This document shows, piece after piece, positions 7,434 through 17,550 of a stretch of DNA of 64,000 nt. How positions within the stretch are numbered: position 1 is the first letter of the stretch; each line of letters starts with the position of its first letter. A program made the translations under genes and the position numbers. Source of the stretch: Flavobacteriales bacterium (GTDB lineage: Bacteria > Bacteroidota > Bacteroidia > Flavobacteriales > UBA7312); contig JADHMO010000003.1 in NCBI GenBank assembly GCA_016779995.1, positions 102,733 to 166,732 of the forward strand, given 5' to 3'. The notes below the pieces were generated by a model. It ran no database searches and was not told where the DNA came from. It saw only the letters and a program-made list of their open reading frames with translations.

Positions 7434-8664
7434 CATTTTAGCTTTTGTGCTTATGGGCTTGTCATTATCAGCACAAAATGAATCAAACTCTCCCTATTCT
7501 CGTTTTGGTCTTGGCGACTTGCAAAGTTTTTCTACGGCCACTCAGTCAGCAATGGGTGGAGTTGGCATAGCTAGTTATGACCCCTTATCCATCAATATTA
7601 GCAATCCAGCTTCTTATTCTTCAGTTTTTGCTCAGCGTTTTACTATGCAAACAGGAGGAATTCATACTACAAAACTTCTACAAACTAACACTCAAAATCA
7701 AGTTGTTAATTCTACAAATTTCAATTACTTGATGTTTTCTTTTCCCTTATCAAAGTTTTGGGGAACAAGTGTAGGGCTATTACCTTTTTCTGAGAAGTCT
7801 TATTCATTTTCTGACGTTAGCACAAACCCTCCTGCAGATCTTTTATTTGAAGGTAATGGTGGGCTTACACGTATTTATTTTGGTAATTCTATTAACGTCA
7901 ATAAGAACTTGTCTATTGGAGCAAATCTTAATTATCTGTTTGGTAATTTAAATTCTAGTAGAAAAGTTTTATTTAATGATGTAAGCGTTTTTAACACAAA
8001 GATTAATGAAGATGTCAATATCAATGGCTTCTATTTTGATTTTGGTTTAATGTACAAAGCCAAATTAGGAAAATGGAATTCAGTATTGGGTTTTACTATG
8101 GATAATGGAAGTGAAATTTCTGCTGAGAAAACATCATTAATTGAAACGTTTAGAAGTGGAGGTGAGTTTGAGTTGATAGAAGACACAATAAGTTTCGACC
8201 AGCAACTTGACGGCTCTTTAGAGTTACCAACTTCTATGGGTTTTGGTTTAGCTTTGAGCAATGAGCAATGGAAAATAATGGCTGATTACAAAAGCGATAA
8301 TTGGGAAGAATATAATTTATTTGGTGTCAATGATGATTTGGAAAATAGCAGTCGATTGGCTTTAGGTTTTGAATTTGTGCCTGATAAAAAATCCATTAAC
8401 AGATACTATAAGATGATTCGTTATCGTTTAGGTATGTATAGTTCTAAAACTTATTTGAATTTGAAAAATCAGCAATTGGATGAAAAAGCCATCACATTAG
8501 GATTTGGTTTACCTCTGAAAAGAAGTGGTTCTTTAGTTAATTTGTCAGCAGAGTTTGGACAAATGGGAACAACTGATGATGGCTTAATTCAAGAGTCATT
8601 TGCTAGGTTCAAAATAGGTTTTATTTTTAGCGACATTTGGTTTATTAAAAGAAAATACGATTAA
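7417..8664 (+). CDS. outer-membrane beta-barrel protein (conserved Bacteroidota, FadL/OmpP1-like), function unknown
   Basis: Signal peptide ending SAQ, conserved SPYSRFGLGDL N-terminal motif, alternating beta-strand pattern and aromatic C-terminal residues. Confidence 0.45.
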   Translation: MNHIFSILAFVLMGLSLSAQNESNSPYSRFGLGDLQSFSTATQSAMGGVGIASYDPLSINISNPASYSSVFAQRFTMQTGGIHTTKLLQTNTQNQVVNSTNFNYLMFSFPLSKFWGTSVGLLPFSEKSYSFSDVSTNPPADLLFEGNGGLTRIYFGNSINVNKNLSIGANLNYLFGNLNSSRKVLFNDVSVFNTKINEDVNINGFYFDFGLMYKAKLGKWNSVLGFTMDNGSEISAEKTSLIETFRSGGEFELIEDTISFDQQLDGSLELPTSMGFGLALSNEQWKIMADYKSDNWEEYNLFGVNDDLENSSRLALGFEFVPDKKSINRYYKMIRYRLGMYSSKTYLNLKNQQLDEKAITLGFGLPLKRSGSLVNLSAEFGQMGTTDDGLIQESFARFKIGFIFSDIWFIKRKYD

Positions 8665-8667
8665 ATT

Positions 8668-9972
8668 ATGAAAAAGTTACTGTTTTTATTCTCAGCGTTT
8701 TTATCAATTACGCTTAGTGCTAACTCTTTGGTCGGTAGCAAGTTTGGAAGTGATAGTGTAAAGTGTGTTACAAACATATCGCTATACCGCGAGTATGTCA
8801 AACAAAATAATTATGATGATGCTATGACTCCTTGGAGAAAAGCCTATACACTTTGTCCAAAAGCGTCTAAAAATATTTACATAGATGGAGCCAAGCTTTA
8901 CAATCATCTTATTAGCAAAAATCAAGGTTCTGAAGAACTTCAAAAAGCATATTTAGATTCCTTAGAAGCTTTGTACGATAATAGGATTGCTAATTTTGGT
9001 AAAGAAGACTATGTTTTAGGATTGAAAGGTTCTGATATGATGAAGTATTCTTTTTCTGATTTAGACCGAGCATTTACCTATTTAAAGCAATCTGTGGAAG
9101 GGCAAGAAGCTAAATCTAAAGCCACTGCTCTTTTTTCATACTTCAAAGCTGCTACCGAAAAATATAAAGCTAAAAGCTTTGATAAAGCACAAGTACTAGA
9201 AGTTTATGCTGTTGTGGCAGATTACCTTGATATCAATATTGCTAAAGATTCAAAAAGTAAAAAGTTTTATGTCAAAGCGGCTGAAAATGTAGAAAAATTA
9301 TTCGTACCGTTCGCTACCTGTGATGACCTCATAGCTATGTTTGATGCCAAATATCAAGAAACACCTGACGACATAAATTTACTGAAGCGTATTGTTAAAG
9401 TTCTTGACAAAAAAGATTGTACCGATGCAGAAGTATATTTCTCAGCGGCAAAACAATTACATGAAGTAGAGCCTTCAGCACTTTCAGCATACAATATGGG
9501 TAACCTTTCTATCAAGAAAAATAAATCTTCCGATGCGATTGCTTTTTTCAAACAAGCTTTAGAGCTTTCTGATTCTAATGATGATAAAGCCAATTGTTTT
9601 TATGGTTTGTCGGCAGCCTATTTCAAGTCGGGTAACAACTCCACAGCTAGAAATTATGCGTTAAAAGCACTAGAGATAAGTCCTAAATGGGGCAAGTCTA
9701 TGCTATTGATTGGTGATATTTATGCTGCTTCTGCCAATGAATGTGGAAGCAACGCCTTTGAGTCTGCTATGCTATATTCAGCCGCTATTGACAAATTCAT
9801 TGCTGCTAAAAATATGGATAGTTCAGTTGCTGAATTAGCCAATAAGAAAATTGCCTCCTATTCAAAGTATCTACCCTCTAATGAAGATGCTTTCTTTAAT
9901 GGTTATAAAGAAGGCGATACATATACGGTTGGTTGTTGGATAAACGAATCGACTAAAGTTAGAATTAAATAA
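8668..9972 (+). CDS. secreted TPR-like repeat protein, function unknown
   Basis: Signal peptide, helical repeat content, and TPR-like stretches (AIAFFKQALELSDSNDDKANCFYGLSAAYFKSGNNSTARNYALKALEISP). Confidence 0.55.
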   Translation: MKKLLFLFSAFLSITLSANSLVGSKFGSDSVKCVTNISLYREYVKQNNYDDAMTPWRKAYTLCPKASKNIYIDGAKLYNHLISKNQGSEELQKAYLDSLEALYDNRIANFGKEDYVLGLKGSDMMKYSFSDLDRAFTYLKQSVEGQEAKSKATALFSYFKAATEKYKAKSFDKAQVLEVYAVVADYLDINIAKDSKSKKFYVKAAENVEKLFVPFATCDDLIAMFDAKYQETPDDINLLKRIVKVLDKKDCTDAEVYFSAAKQLHEVEPSALSAYNMGNLSIKKNKSSDAIAFFKQALELSDSNDDKANCFYGLSAAYFKSGNNSTARNYALKALEISPKWGKSMLLIGDIYAASANECGSNAFESAMLYSAAIDKFIAAKNMDSSVAELANKKIASYSKYLPSNEDAFFNGYKEGDTYTVGCWINESTKVRIK

Positions 9973-9978
9973 TTTCTC

Positions 9979-10548
9979 ATAGTACCGCTATCACATACTC
10001 CATTTAGAAATTCGCTATTTGTCTTTTTATTTTTTACAATAGCTTCTTGTTCTAATGACTTGGAAAAAATTCATGAAATTTCCATTCAGAATCAAGCTTC
10101 TTTTCCAATAGAAACTATCAAAGATTGTGAAATCATTTATAGCGATTCAGCTAAAGTAAGAGTATTGTTAAATGCTACTCTTATGAATCGATATGCTGAT
10201 GAAAAAACATACGTTGAATTTAAAAACGGTTTAAAGGTTCAGTTTTTTGATGTCAATGGTAAAAAAGAGTCTGAGTTAATTGCTGACTATGCCATAGTTG
10301 ATGATGAAAATGATTTGATGTTAGCCGAAAGTAACGTGGTAGTTCGTAATATTAAAGGTGATATTTTGGAGACAGAAAAGCTGAATTGGAATCAACAAAA
10401 AGAAGAAATATTTACAGATGAATTTGTCAAAATTACTACAGAAAATGAAGTTATTTTTGGTGAAGGATTAGTGTCTAACCAAAATTTTTCTAAGTATACT
10501 ATTCGTAAAATAAAAGGTACTATAACTATAAATCAGCCCGATGAATAG
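9979..10548 (+). CDS. lptC: LPS export periplasmic lipoprotein LptC; start uncertain, no canonical start codon upstream of the lipobox
   Basis: The mature part resembles flavobacterial LptC (IYSDSAKVRVLLNATLMNRY..., NFSKYTIRKIKGTI). A lipoprotein signal RNSLFVFLFFTIASC is encoded at 10006-10050. Its frame opens right after TAA 9970-9972 and contains only ATA (9979) as a near-cognate start. Confidence 0.65.
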   Translation: MVPLSHTPFRNSLFVFLFFTIASCSNDLEKIHEISIQNQASFPIETIKDCEIIYSDSAKVRVLLNATLMNRYADEKTYVEFKNGLKVQFFDVNGKKESELIADYAIVDDENDLMLAESNVVVRNIKGDILETEKLNWNQQKEEIFTDEFVKITTENEVIFGEGLVSNQNFSKYTIRKIKGTITINQPDE

Positions 10549-11788
10549 TTGGATAATCATATTAGCTTCAGTACTTCTGTCGGCCTTTTTTTCAGGTATG
10601 GAGATAGCATATTTATCGTCCAATAAATTGAAACTTGAGCTGGACAAACAATCCAATTCCATTGTAGCGCCTTTGTTGCAAAGAATTTTACGTTCCCCAT
10701 CGAAATATATTGCTACTATGCTAGTAGGCAATAACATCTCTTTAGTAGTTTATGGTATAACTATGGCAGTAGTATTAGAGCCCAAAATACAAGTATATAC
10801 TCAGTCTTCGTTTCTAGTATTATTGATTCAAACATTAATTTCAACTTTAATTATTCTTGTTACTGCTGAGTTTCTTCCTAAAGCCTTTTTTAGATTAAAT
10901 CCCAATCGATTTTTGAAAATATTAGTGTTGCCTTTAACCCTCTTTCATTATCTGTTAGCACCAATAGTTAGTATAACACTATTTTTATCAAAAAGAGGTC
11001 TTAAGCTATTTGGCTTGGTGCTAGTCGAAGATTCCCCTGTGTTTGGTAAGATAGATTTAGAAGAATACCTTAAGCTTCATACCAATGAGTCTGAATACAA
11101 AAATTTAGATGTTGAGGTTCAGATTTTACAAAATGCCCTTGATTTCTCAAACGTAAAAGTGCGTGAGTGTATGTTACCACGTACAGAAATTATTGGTATT
11201 GAGGTATCTAAGACTATTGAAGATTTGTTGAAGATTTTTATTGACACTAAACTTTCAAAAGTGCTCATCTACAAAGAAAATATTGATAACATCATTGGTT
11301 ATGCACATTCTAACGAAATGTTCAAATCACCTAAAAACATAAAGTCCATACTAATTCCTATTTCTTATGTTCCTGAAAGTATGATGGCCAATGATATGCT
11401 GGAGTTATTTATCAAAGAGCGTAAAGGAATTGCAGTTGTGGTTGACGAATTTGGAGGTACATCTGGAATGATAACTATTGAAGATGTTGTTGAAGAAATT
11501 TTAGGCGAGATAGAAGACGAACACGATAGTGAAAAAGATTTAGAGATAAAGATTGATGAAAAGACGTATCGTTTTTCTGCTCGACTGGAGATAGATTATT
11601 TGAATGAAAAGTACCATTTCGATTTGCCAAAATCTGATGAATACGAAACATTAGGTGGTTTACTGATTAGTCAATTGGAAGAAATACCAGAGAAAAATAC
11701 AGAAATCAACATTGGAGATTATACTCTAGTTGTAGATGAAGTGTCAGATACCAAAATTGAGGTCGTTAGCCTTAGTAAAACAGATTAA
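10541..11788 (+). CDS. CNNM/DUF21-CBS-CorC_HlyC family transporter (hemolysin-like)
   Basis: N-terminal 4-TM DUF21 (FFSGMEIAYLS), CBS pair, and C-terminal CorC_HlyC domain. Start overlaps the lptC stop (ATGAATAG). Confidence 0.8.
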   Translation: MNSWIIILASVLLSAFFSGMEIAYLSSNKLKLELDKQSNSIVAPLLQRILRSPSKYIATMLVGNNISLVVYGITMAVVLEPKIQVYTQSSFLVLLIQTLISTLIILVTAEFLPKAFFRLNPNRFLKILVLPLTLFHYLLAPIVSITLFLSKRGLKLFGLVLVEDSPVFGKIDLEEYLKLHTNESEYKNLDVEVQILQNALDFSNVKVRECMLPRTEIIGIEVSKTIEDLLKIFIDTKLSKVLIYKENIDNIIGYAHSNEMFKSPKNIKSILIPISYVPESMMANDMLELFIKERKGIAVVVDEFGGTSGMITIEDVVEEILGEIEDEHDSEKDLEIKIDEKTYRFSARLEIDYLNEKYHFDLPKSDEYETLGGLLISQLEEIPEKNTEINIGDYTLVVDEVSDTKIEVVSLSKTD

Positions 11789-11849
11789 GCTTACTATTTT
11801 ATATCTCATATAACATTTGTATATTCGCCATCTTGTAAAAAAATGAAAT

Positions 11850-13907
11850 ATGGTAAGATTAGAAAATATTAGAAATCGTTCTGGTTTATTATTGGTTGTC
11901 ATTGGATTAGCAATGTTAGCCTTTATCCTAACTGATTTAATGTCATCTAGTAATGGTGCTGTATCTACAGATTTAGTGCTTGGTGAAGTTGGTGATGAAG
12001 AAATAGATTATCAAGAGTTTGAACAAAGAGTACAACAAGCCTTAGAAGTACAAAGAGCGTCTAACCCTAGCGTCAATGTAGATCAAGTTAGAAATTCGGT
12101 ATGGAATCAAGTCGTTAGGGAAACGATTTTAAATAATCAATATAATAATCTTGGACTTGAAGTTAGCTCAAGTGAATTATTTGATATGGTTCAAGGAGAT
12201 AATCCATATCCATCTGTTAAGCAATCGTTTACAAACCCTGAAACAGGACAGTTTGATAGAGCGAGATTATTACAATTTCTTAAAGAAGACATCAATAATG
12301 ATGAGACCGGACAAGCTATGCAACAATGGTTAAACTTTGAAGAGGCTATCCGTAAAGAAAGACAAAATAATAAGTATAACGCATTAGTAGCTAAAGGCTT
12401 ATCGGCATCAGATTGGGAAGCACAACTGACTAAAAAATACCAATCAGAGATACGTAATGTATCCTACATTCAAATTCCTTTCCAGAGTATTCCAGATAGT
12501 CTAATATCGGTAACTGATTCTGATTTGAAATCTTACATTAAAGATAATAGCACAAAATATCAGCAAACGGCATCACGAACTATTGAATACGTTGTATTCA
12601 ATGTTAGTCCGTCAGATGAAGATAGAAATGATGCTCAAGATTGGATACAAGATGTTAAATCTGATTTTTCTCAAACAGATAACGATGAGCTATTTATTAG
12701 AAAAAATTCTGATGTATTTAACCGTGTAATGTTCGTTTCTAAAGACGATTTAACAGATGACGTTAAGCCATTATCTACCGCTCAAGCTGGAACAGTTATT
12801 GGTCCTTTCAAGCAAAACGCAAATACGCTTAGACTAGCTAAGTTAGTTGAGAAAGCGTCAAGACCTGATTCTGTTGAGGCAAGACACATTTTAATAACTA
12901 CTGCTGATGCTGATGCTAAAATAGATAGTTTGAAAGATGTTATTTCTAAAGGACAGTCTTTTGCTGCATTGGCAGAAAAATTCTCACAAGACCAGGGTTC
13001 TGCCGTCAATGGCGGTGACTTAGGCTGGTTTTCGGAAGGATTAATGGTAGAAGAATTTAATAACGCTTGTTTTAGTGCTAGAAAAGGAGAGTTAGTTGTT
13101 GTTAAAACTCAATTTGGAACACACTTAATTGAGGTTGTAGATAAATCTAAATCAACAGAAAAGTATAAAGTTGCTTACTTGGATAGACAGGTAACATATA
13201 GTAATACGACTTATCAAAATATATTTGCTAAAGCGGGTAAATTCGCTGCTGAAAATTCTAACTACGAGCAATTTGATGCTTCTGCAACAGCAGAAAATCT
13301 ATCTAAAAGAATAGCAGACGAATTACAAGAAAGCACAATAAGTATTCCTGGTTTGGAGAACCCAAGAGAATTAGTGAGGTGGGCTTATGAATCTGAAGTC
13401 GGAGATGTTTCTGACGTTTTTGAATTTGGAAATAAAATAGTTGTTGCTACGCTTACTTCAATTAAAAAGGAAGGATTGAAAGATGTAGAAGATGTTAGAG
13501 CAGAAGTCGAAACTTTAGTTCGTAACCAAAAGAAATCTGAAAGATTAATGGAAGAGTTATCGAGCTATTCTTCTTTAGATGAAATTTCCTCTAATTATGG
13601 TTCTACAATTAATACTGTTGAGGGACTAAATTTTTCAAGTACACAAGTACCTAATTTAGGAGATCAACCTGCATTTGTTGGTGCTGCTTTTGCAGTAGAA
13701 GAAGGTCAAGAGTCTGGAGTATTTTCAAGCAAAAATGCAGTCTTTGCGCTTAAAGTCGATAAAGTCATTGCATCTGCTGAAAACTCAGATTTTTCAAATG
13801 CTAAAAATTCGATTATTAATACCCTAAAAAGTAGATCATCTTTTCAAGCATATCAAGCTCTAGTTGAGTTATTTGATGTTAAAGATAATAGAGCAAAATT
13901 CTATTAG
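11850..13907 (+). CDS. periplasmic chaperone / peptidylprolyl isomerase (PpiD/SurA-like, parvulin domain)
   Basis: N-terminal membrane anchor, SurA_N-like region, and parvulin motif ARHILI...GGDLGWFSEGLMVEEFNNACF...TQFGTHLI. Confidence 0.8.
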   Translation: MVRLENIRNRSGLLLVVIGLAMLAFILTDLMSSSNGAVSTDLVLGEVGDEEIDYQEFEQRVQQALEVQRASNPSVNVDQVRNSVWNQVVRETILNNQYNNLGLEVSSSELFDMVQGDNPYPSVKQSFTNPETGQFDRARLLQFLKEDINNDETGQAMQQWLNFEEAIRKERQNNKYNALVAKGLSASDWEAQLTKKYQSEIRNVSYIQIPFQSIPDSLISVTDSDLKSYIKDNSTKYQQTASRTIEYVVFNVSPSDEDRNDAQDWIQDVKSDFSQTDNDELFIRKNSDVFNRVMFVSKDDLTDDVKPLSTAQAGTVIGPFKQNANTLRLAKLVEKASRPDSVEARHILITTADADAKIDSLKDVISKGQSFAALAEKFSQDQGSAVNGGDLGWFSEGLMVEEFNNACFSARKGELVVVKTQFGTHLIEVVDKSKSTEKYKVAYLDRQVTYSNTTYQNIFAKAGKFAAENSNYEQFDASATAENLSKRIADELQESTISIPGLENPRELVRWAYESEVGDVSDVFEFGNKIVVATLTSIKKEGLKDVEDVRAEVETLVRNQKKSERLMEELSSYSSLDEISSNYGSTINTVEGLNFSSTQVPNLGDQPAFVGAAFAVEEGQESGVFSSKNAVFALKVDKVIASAENSDFSNAKNSIINTLKSRSSFQAYQALVELFDVKDNRAKFY

Positions 13908-13928
13908 AATTCTGTCTTATGAAGTATA

Positions 13929-13957
13929 AGCCTCAACGTTTCGTTGGGGCTTTTTTT
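13929..13957 (+). terminator. rho-independent terminator after ppiD-like gene
   Basis: AGCCTCAACG-TTT-CGTTGGGGCT (one G-U pair) followed by T7. Overlaps the stop of convergent rodA. Confidence 0.65.
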
Positions 13958-15215
13958 ATCTCAACACTTGAAGTCTGTACGAGTCTAGGTTGAGAAAAAT
14001 AAATAATAAAATCGTAAAGCCCCAAAGTGATGAGCCGCCGTAGCTAATAAATGGTAATGGAATTCCAATAACAGGCGCTAGACCTATTGTCATGGCTACA
14101 TTAATAGCGATATGAAAGAAAAATATACTCACTACACCATAGCCAAAAACTTTACTAAATACTGAGCGTTGCCGTTCAGCTAAGTAAAGTAAACGAAAGA
14201 GAAACGCTAGGTATAGTAATAGCAAAAACGTACTGCCAATAAATCCCCATTCCTCTCCAATTGTGCAGAAAATAAAGTCTGTGCTTTGTTCAGGAACAAA
14301 ATTGAATTTTGTTTGTGTGCCATTTAAGTATCCTTTTCCTGCAAAACCTCCAGAGCCTATTGCTATCATGGATTGATTGACATTATAGCCAGAGCCGTGA
14401 GGGTCGCTTTCTTGTCCTAATAATACTTTTATTCTCGTTACATGATGAGGTTCTAAAACACGTTCAAAGGCATAATCTACGCTGTATATAAATCCTATAC
14501 ACATAGCCAATAAAGAAGAAATAATTATTAGTTCACGAAGTTTTCTACTAGAGATTATAAAAAAGAAAATAGCTATAACCGATAAAATTACAATTAGTAC
14601 AATTTTAGAAACAATGATAGATGTTACAAATAAAATGGTAGTAACTATGCCTATAATGAGTAAAGTAGCTGGTAGCCCAAAGCGATAAAGTACTAATATA
14701 AAAGTCGAGTAAACAAGAGCTGAGCCAGTATCATTTTGTAAAGTGATAAAGATAACGGGGAATAGGATTAAAGCTGTTGCTATGATTTTATTTTTCGTTT
14801 TTTCTAAGCTCATATTTAATCTACTTAAAAACTTCGCTAAGGCTAGGCAACAAGCCACCTTAGCAAATTCAGCAGGTTGTATTCGTATGAAGCCAAAATC
14901 AAACCATGATTTGGCACCATTGACTTCTATACCGAATAATAAAACACCAATAAGACTCAGTAAAGAGAGTACATAGATTAGATAAGCAAAACCTTCAAAA
15001 AATTTCCAATTAAAAAACAAAATGAAAATAGCAATTAGGAAGGCTATCGATATCCATATTAATTGTCGTCCATACTTTTGGCTGAAATCCATCAGCTCAT
15101 AGTTTTCATTAAATAATGCCGCATAGATATTTAACCAGCCTATTATGACTAATACGGCATACATTAGTACAGTCCACCAATCAACTTTATCAAATATGTG
15201 ACTTTTAAAACGCAT
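13956..15215 (-). CDS. rodA: rod shape-determining SEDS protein RodA (FtsW/RodA/SpoVE family)
   Basis: About 10 TM segments, motifs NQSMIAIGSGGFAGKG and PEQSTDFIF, PLPFISYGGSS. Located in the mrdA-mreDCB cluster. Confidence 0.85.
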   Translation of the reverse strand: MRFKSHIFDKVDWWTVLMYAVLVIIGWLNIYAALFNENYELMDFSQKYGRQLIWISIAFLIAIFILFFNWKFFEGFAYLIYVLSLLSLIGVLLFGIEVNGAKSWFDFGFIRIQPAEFAKVACCLALAKFLSRLNMSLEKTKNKIIATALILFPVIFITLQNDTGSALVYSTFILVLYRFGLPATLLIIGIVTTILFVTSIIVSKIVLIVILSVIAIFFFIISSRKLRELIIISSLLAMCIGFIYSVDYAFERVLEPHHVTRIKVLLGQESDPHGSGYNVNQSMIAIGSGGFAGKGYLNGTQTKFNFVPEQSTDFIFCTIGEEWGFIGSTFLLLLYLAFLFRLLYLAERQRSVFSKVFGYGVVSIFFFHIAINVAMTIGLAPVIGIPLPFISYGGSSLWGFTILLFIFLNLDSYRLQVLR

Positions 15216-17032
15216 TAATATTCAATTACTCCTTCCACAATTTTTTTCTCCAACCAATCTCTTTGAATAGTGTCGTTGAGGTACTTCTCTATCATTAGAC
15301 TAGCAATAGGAACGGCCCAAGTTGAGCCCCAACCTCCATTTTCTACATAAACTGCCAAAGCAATTTTAGGATTATCTTTTGGGGCAAATCCAATAAATAT
15401 GGAGTGGTCTTCTCCGTGTGGATTTTGTGCAGTTCCAGTTTTACCACATACCGTAATATTTTCCATTTTAGCGATATTAGATGTTCCTAATTCCTCATCT
15501 TCTACAACCTCTTGCATTCCCTTTATCACTATTTCGAATAGAGAGGAATCTACCATAGTACGAATGGGTTTTCTAAATCTATCATCTATGCTATCATTTT
15601 CAATGCTTTTAACGATATGTGGCGTGTAATAATAACCTCTGTTGGCTATTGCTGCAGTCATATTTGCCATTTGTATGGGAGTGGTTAGCAAAGCATCTTG
15701 CCCGATGGAAAGGGATAAATTAGTTAATGATTTCCAACGATTTTTACCATAAATTCTATCGTAAAAATTTGGAGTAGGCACAAAGCCTTTTTGACCTGTC
15801 GGTAAGTCATTATTAAGCCAATTACCTAATCCAAAGCTCGTGACATAGTTTCGCCATACTTCATAGCCCTCGTATGTATTGGGGTATTTTTCAATAATTG
15901 CTCTGTAGACATTACAGAAATAGGCATTACACGAATTTGAAATAGATTCAATAAGATTCAAAGGAGAACGGTGCGGGTGGCACTTCATTTTACGCTTTTC
16001 CTCACCATACACATAACCTTCATCACAATTAAATTTACTTCCAGAATATATGACCTTTTCTTGAAGCCCTATCAATGCATTTATCAATTTAAATGTTGAA
16101 CCTGGTGGATATTGCGCCAAAGAAGCTCTATTAAAAAGAGGCTTATTTATGGTATCTTCATTTAAAATCAAATAGTTTTCTGATCGCTTTCTTCCAACTA
16201 AGATATTAGGGTCGTAATTGGGTGACGATATTAGACATAGAATTTCGCCTGTTGAGGGTTCTAAGGCAACAATACTCCCTCTTTTATTTTTCATTAAAGA
16301 CTCGCCGTAGTTTTGCAAAAAAATATCTATCGAAGACTGAAGGTCTTTGCCTGGTTTAGATTTGATATCAAACTTACCATCATTAAAGCTTCCTTTAATA
16401 TTGTTATGTACGTCTTTTAAAAGTAGTTTGACACCTTTTTGTCCTCTAAGTTTATCTTCATAAGCTTTCTCTATACCACTAACTCCTATATAGTCCCCTT
16501 CTTTGTAGTAGGGATTACTTTTGACAATTCTTTCGTTGACTTCTCCCACATAGCCTAGCAAATGACTAGCCGTTGAGTAAGGGTATTTTCTTAAGGTTCT
16601 TGTTTGTACAAAAAAGCCAGGCATCAAAAACATATTCTCTTGTAACTTGGTATAGGTTTCGACAGATATTTGCTTCATCAATACACTAGCTTTATACATA
16701 GAATAATTTCTAGCCTTTTCTATTCGCTTCATTAGATTGAGAGTGTCAATTTCTAACAAGGAGCAAATGAGAGCTGTGTCTAAAGATATGGCTTGTTTTG
16801 GGGTAATCATAAGGTCATAAGCCGCTTCATTATATACGATAAGCTCTTTATTCCTATCATAAATAAGTCCTCTCCTTGGGTAGTCTGTTTGTTTTCTGAT
16901 TACGTTGTTTTCTGATGATGTTTTAAAGCTATCATCTATTACTTGAATTGAAAATAAACGAATAATGAAAATGAGTATGACTAGTCCAAAAAAACCACCA
17001 ATGATATACGTTCTATTTTCGTACCTTTTCAC
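15215..17032 (-). CDS. mrdA: penicillin-binding protein 2 (elongasome transpeptidase)
   Basis: N-terminal anchor, PBP dimerisation domain, SxxK (PGSTFKL), and GKTGTA (KTG box). Confidence 0.9.
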   Translation of the reverse strand: MKRYENRTYIIGGFFGLVILIFIIRLFSIQVIDDSFKTSSENNVIRKQTDYPRRGLIYDRNKELIVYNEAAYDLMITPKQAISLDTALICSLLEIDTLNLMKRIEKARNYSMYKASVLMKQISVETYTKLQENMFLMPGFFVQTRTLRKYPYSTASHLLGYVGEVNERIVKSNPYYKEGDYIGVSGIEKAYEDKLRGQKGVKLLLKDVHNNIKGSFNDGKFDIKSKPGKDLQSSIDIFLQNYGESLMKNKRGSIVALEPSTGEILCLISSPNYDPNILVGRKRSENYLILNEDTINKPLFNRASLAQYPPGSTFKLINALIGLQEKVIYSGSKFNCDEGYVYGEEKRKMKCHPHRSPLNLIESISNSCNAYFCNVYRAIIEKYPNTYEGYEVWRNYVTSFGLGNWLNNDLPTGQKGFVPTPNFYDRIYGKNRWKSLTNLSLSIGQDALLTTPIQMANMTAAIANRGYYYTPHIVKSIENDSIDDRFRKPIRTMVDSSLFEIVIKGMQEVVEDEELGTSNIAKMENITVCGKTGTAQNPHGEDHSIFIGFAPKDNPKIALAVYVENGGWGSTWAVPIASLMIEKYLNDTIQRDWLEKKIVEGVIEY

Positions 17033-17550
17033 TTCAATGTATTTCTAGAATTTAAAAATTGGAAGATGATTAGCAAGATAGAAGTGATTAAAGCACTAGC
17101 TATTGTACGTAGTAAAATATTACCAATATCGAATCTAAAAGCTTCAATAGTAAACAATACCAAATGATGTATAAATACTAGTAGGGTAGTATATATCACA
17201 CAAATCTGAACGCCAAATTCTTTCATTGAAAACTCAATCATAGTTTGAGATTTGTTTTTCAGTTGAGGGACTAGTCTATAAAGTATAGGGGTACGCACAT
17301 AAGCAATTAATACACATGTAAAAGCATGCATTCCCATAGAGTTTTGAAAAGCGTCAATAATAAGCCCTGTACCTAGAGCTATGAATAGGGTTAAATTTTT
17401 GTTTGACTTATTGAAGGGTAATAATATGATAAAAAGAAGATAAACATAGGGATTGATATATCCCATAAAAAGGATGTTGTTAAAGATGAATACTTGTAAG
17501 AAAATAAATAGTATAAATCGAACGCTATGTCTTATCGTTACATTATTCAT
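17029..17550 (-). CDS. mreD: rod shape-determining protein MreD
   Basis: Small polytopic membrane protein between mreC and mrdA. Call rests on position and size. Confidence 0.7.
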   Translation of the reverse strand: MNNVTIRHSVRFILFIFLQVFIFNNILFMGYINPYVYLLFIILLPFNKSNKNLTLFIALGTGLIIDAFQNSMGMHAFTCVLIAYVRTPILYRLVPQLKNKSQTMIEFSMKEFGVQICVIYTTLLVFIHHLVLFTIEAFRFDIGNILLRTIASALITSILLIIFQFLNSRNTLK

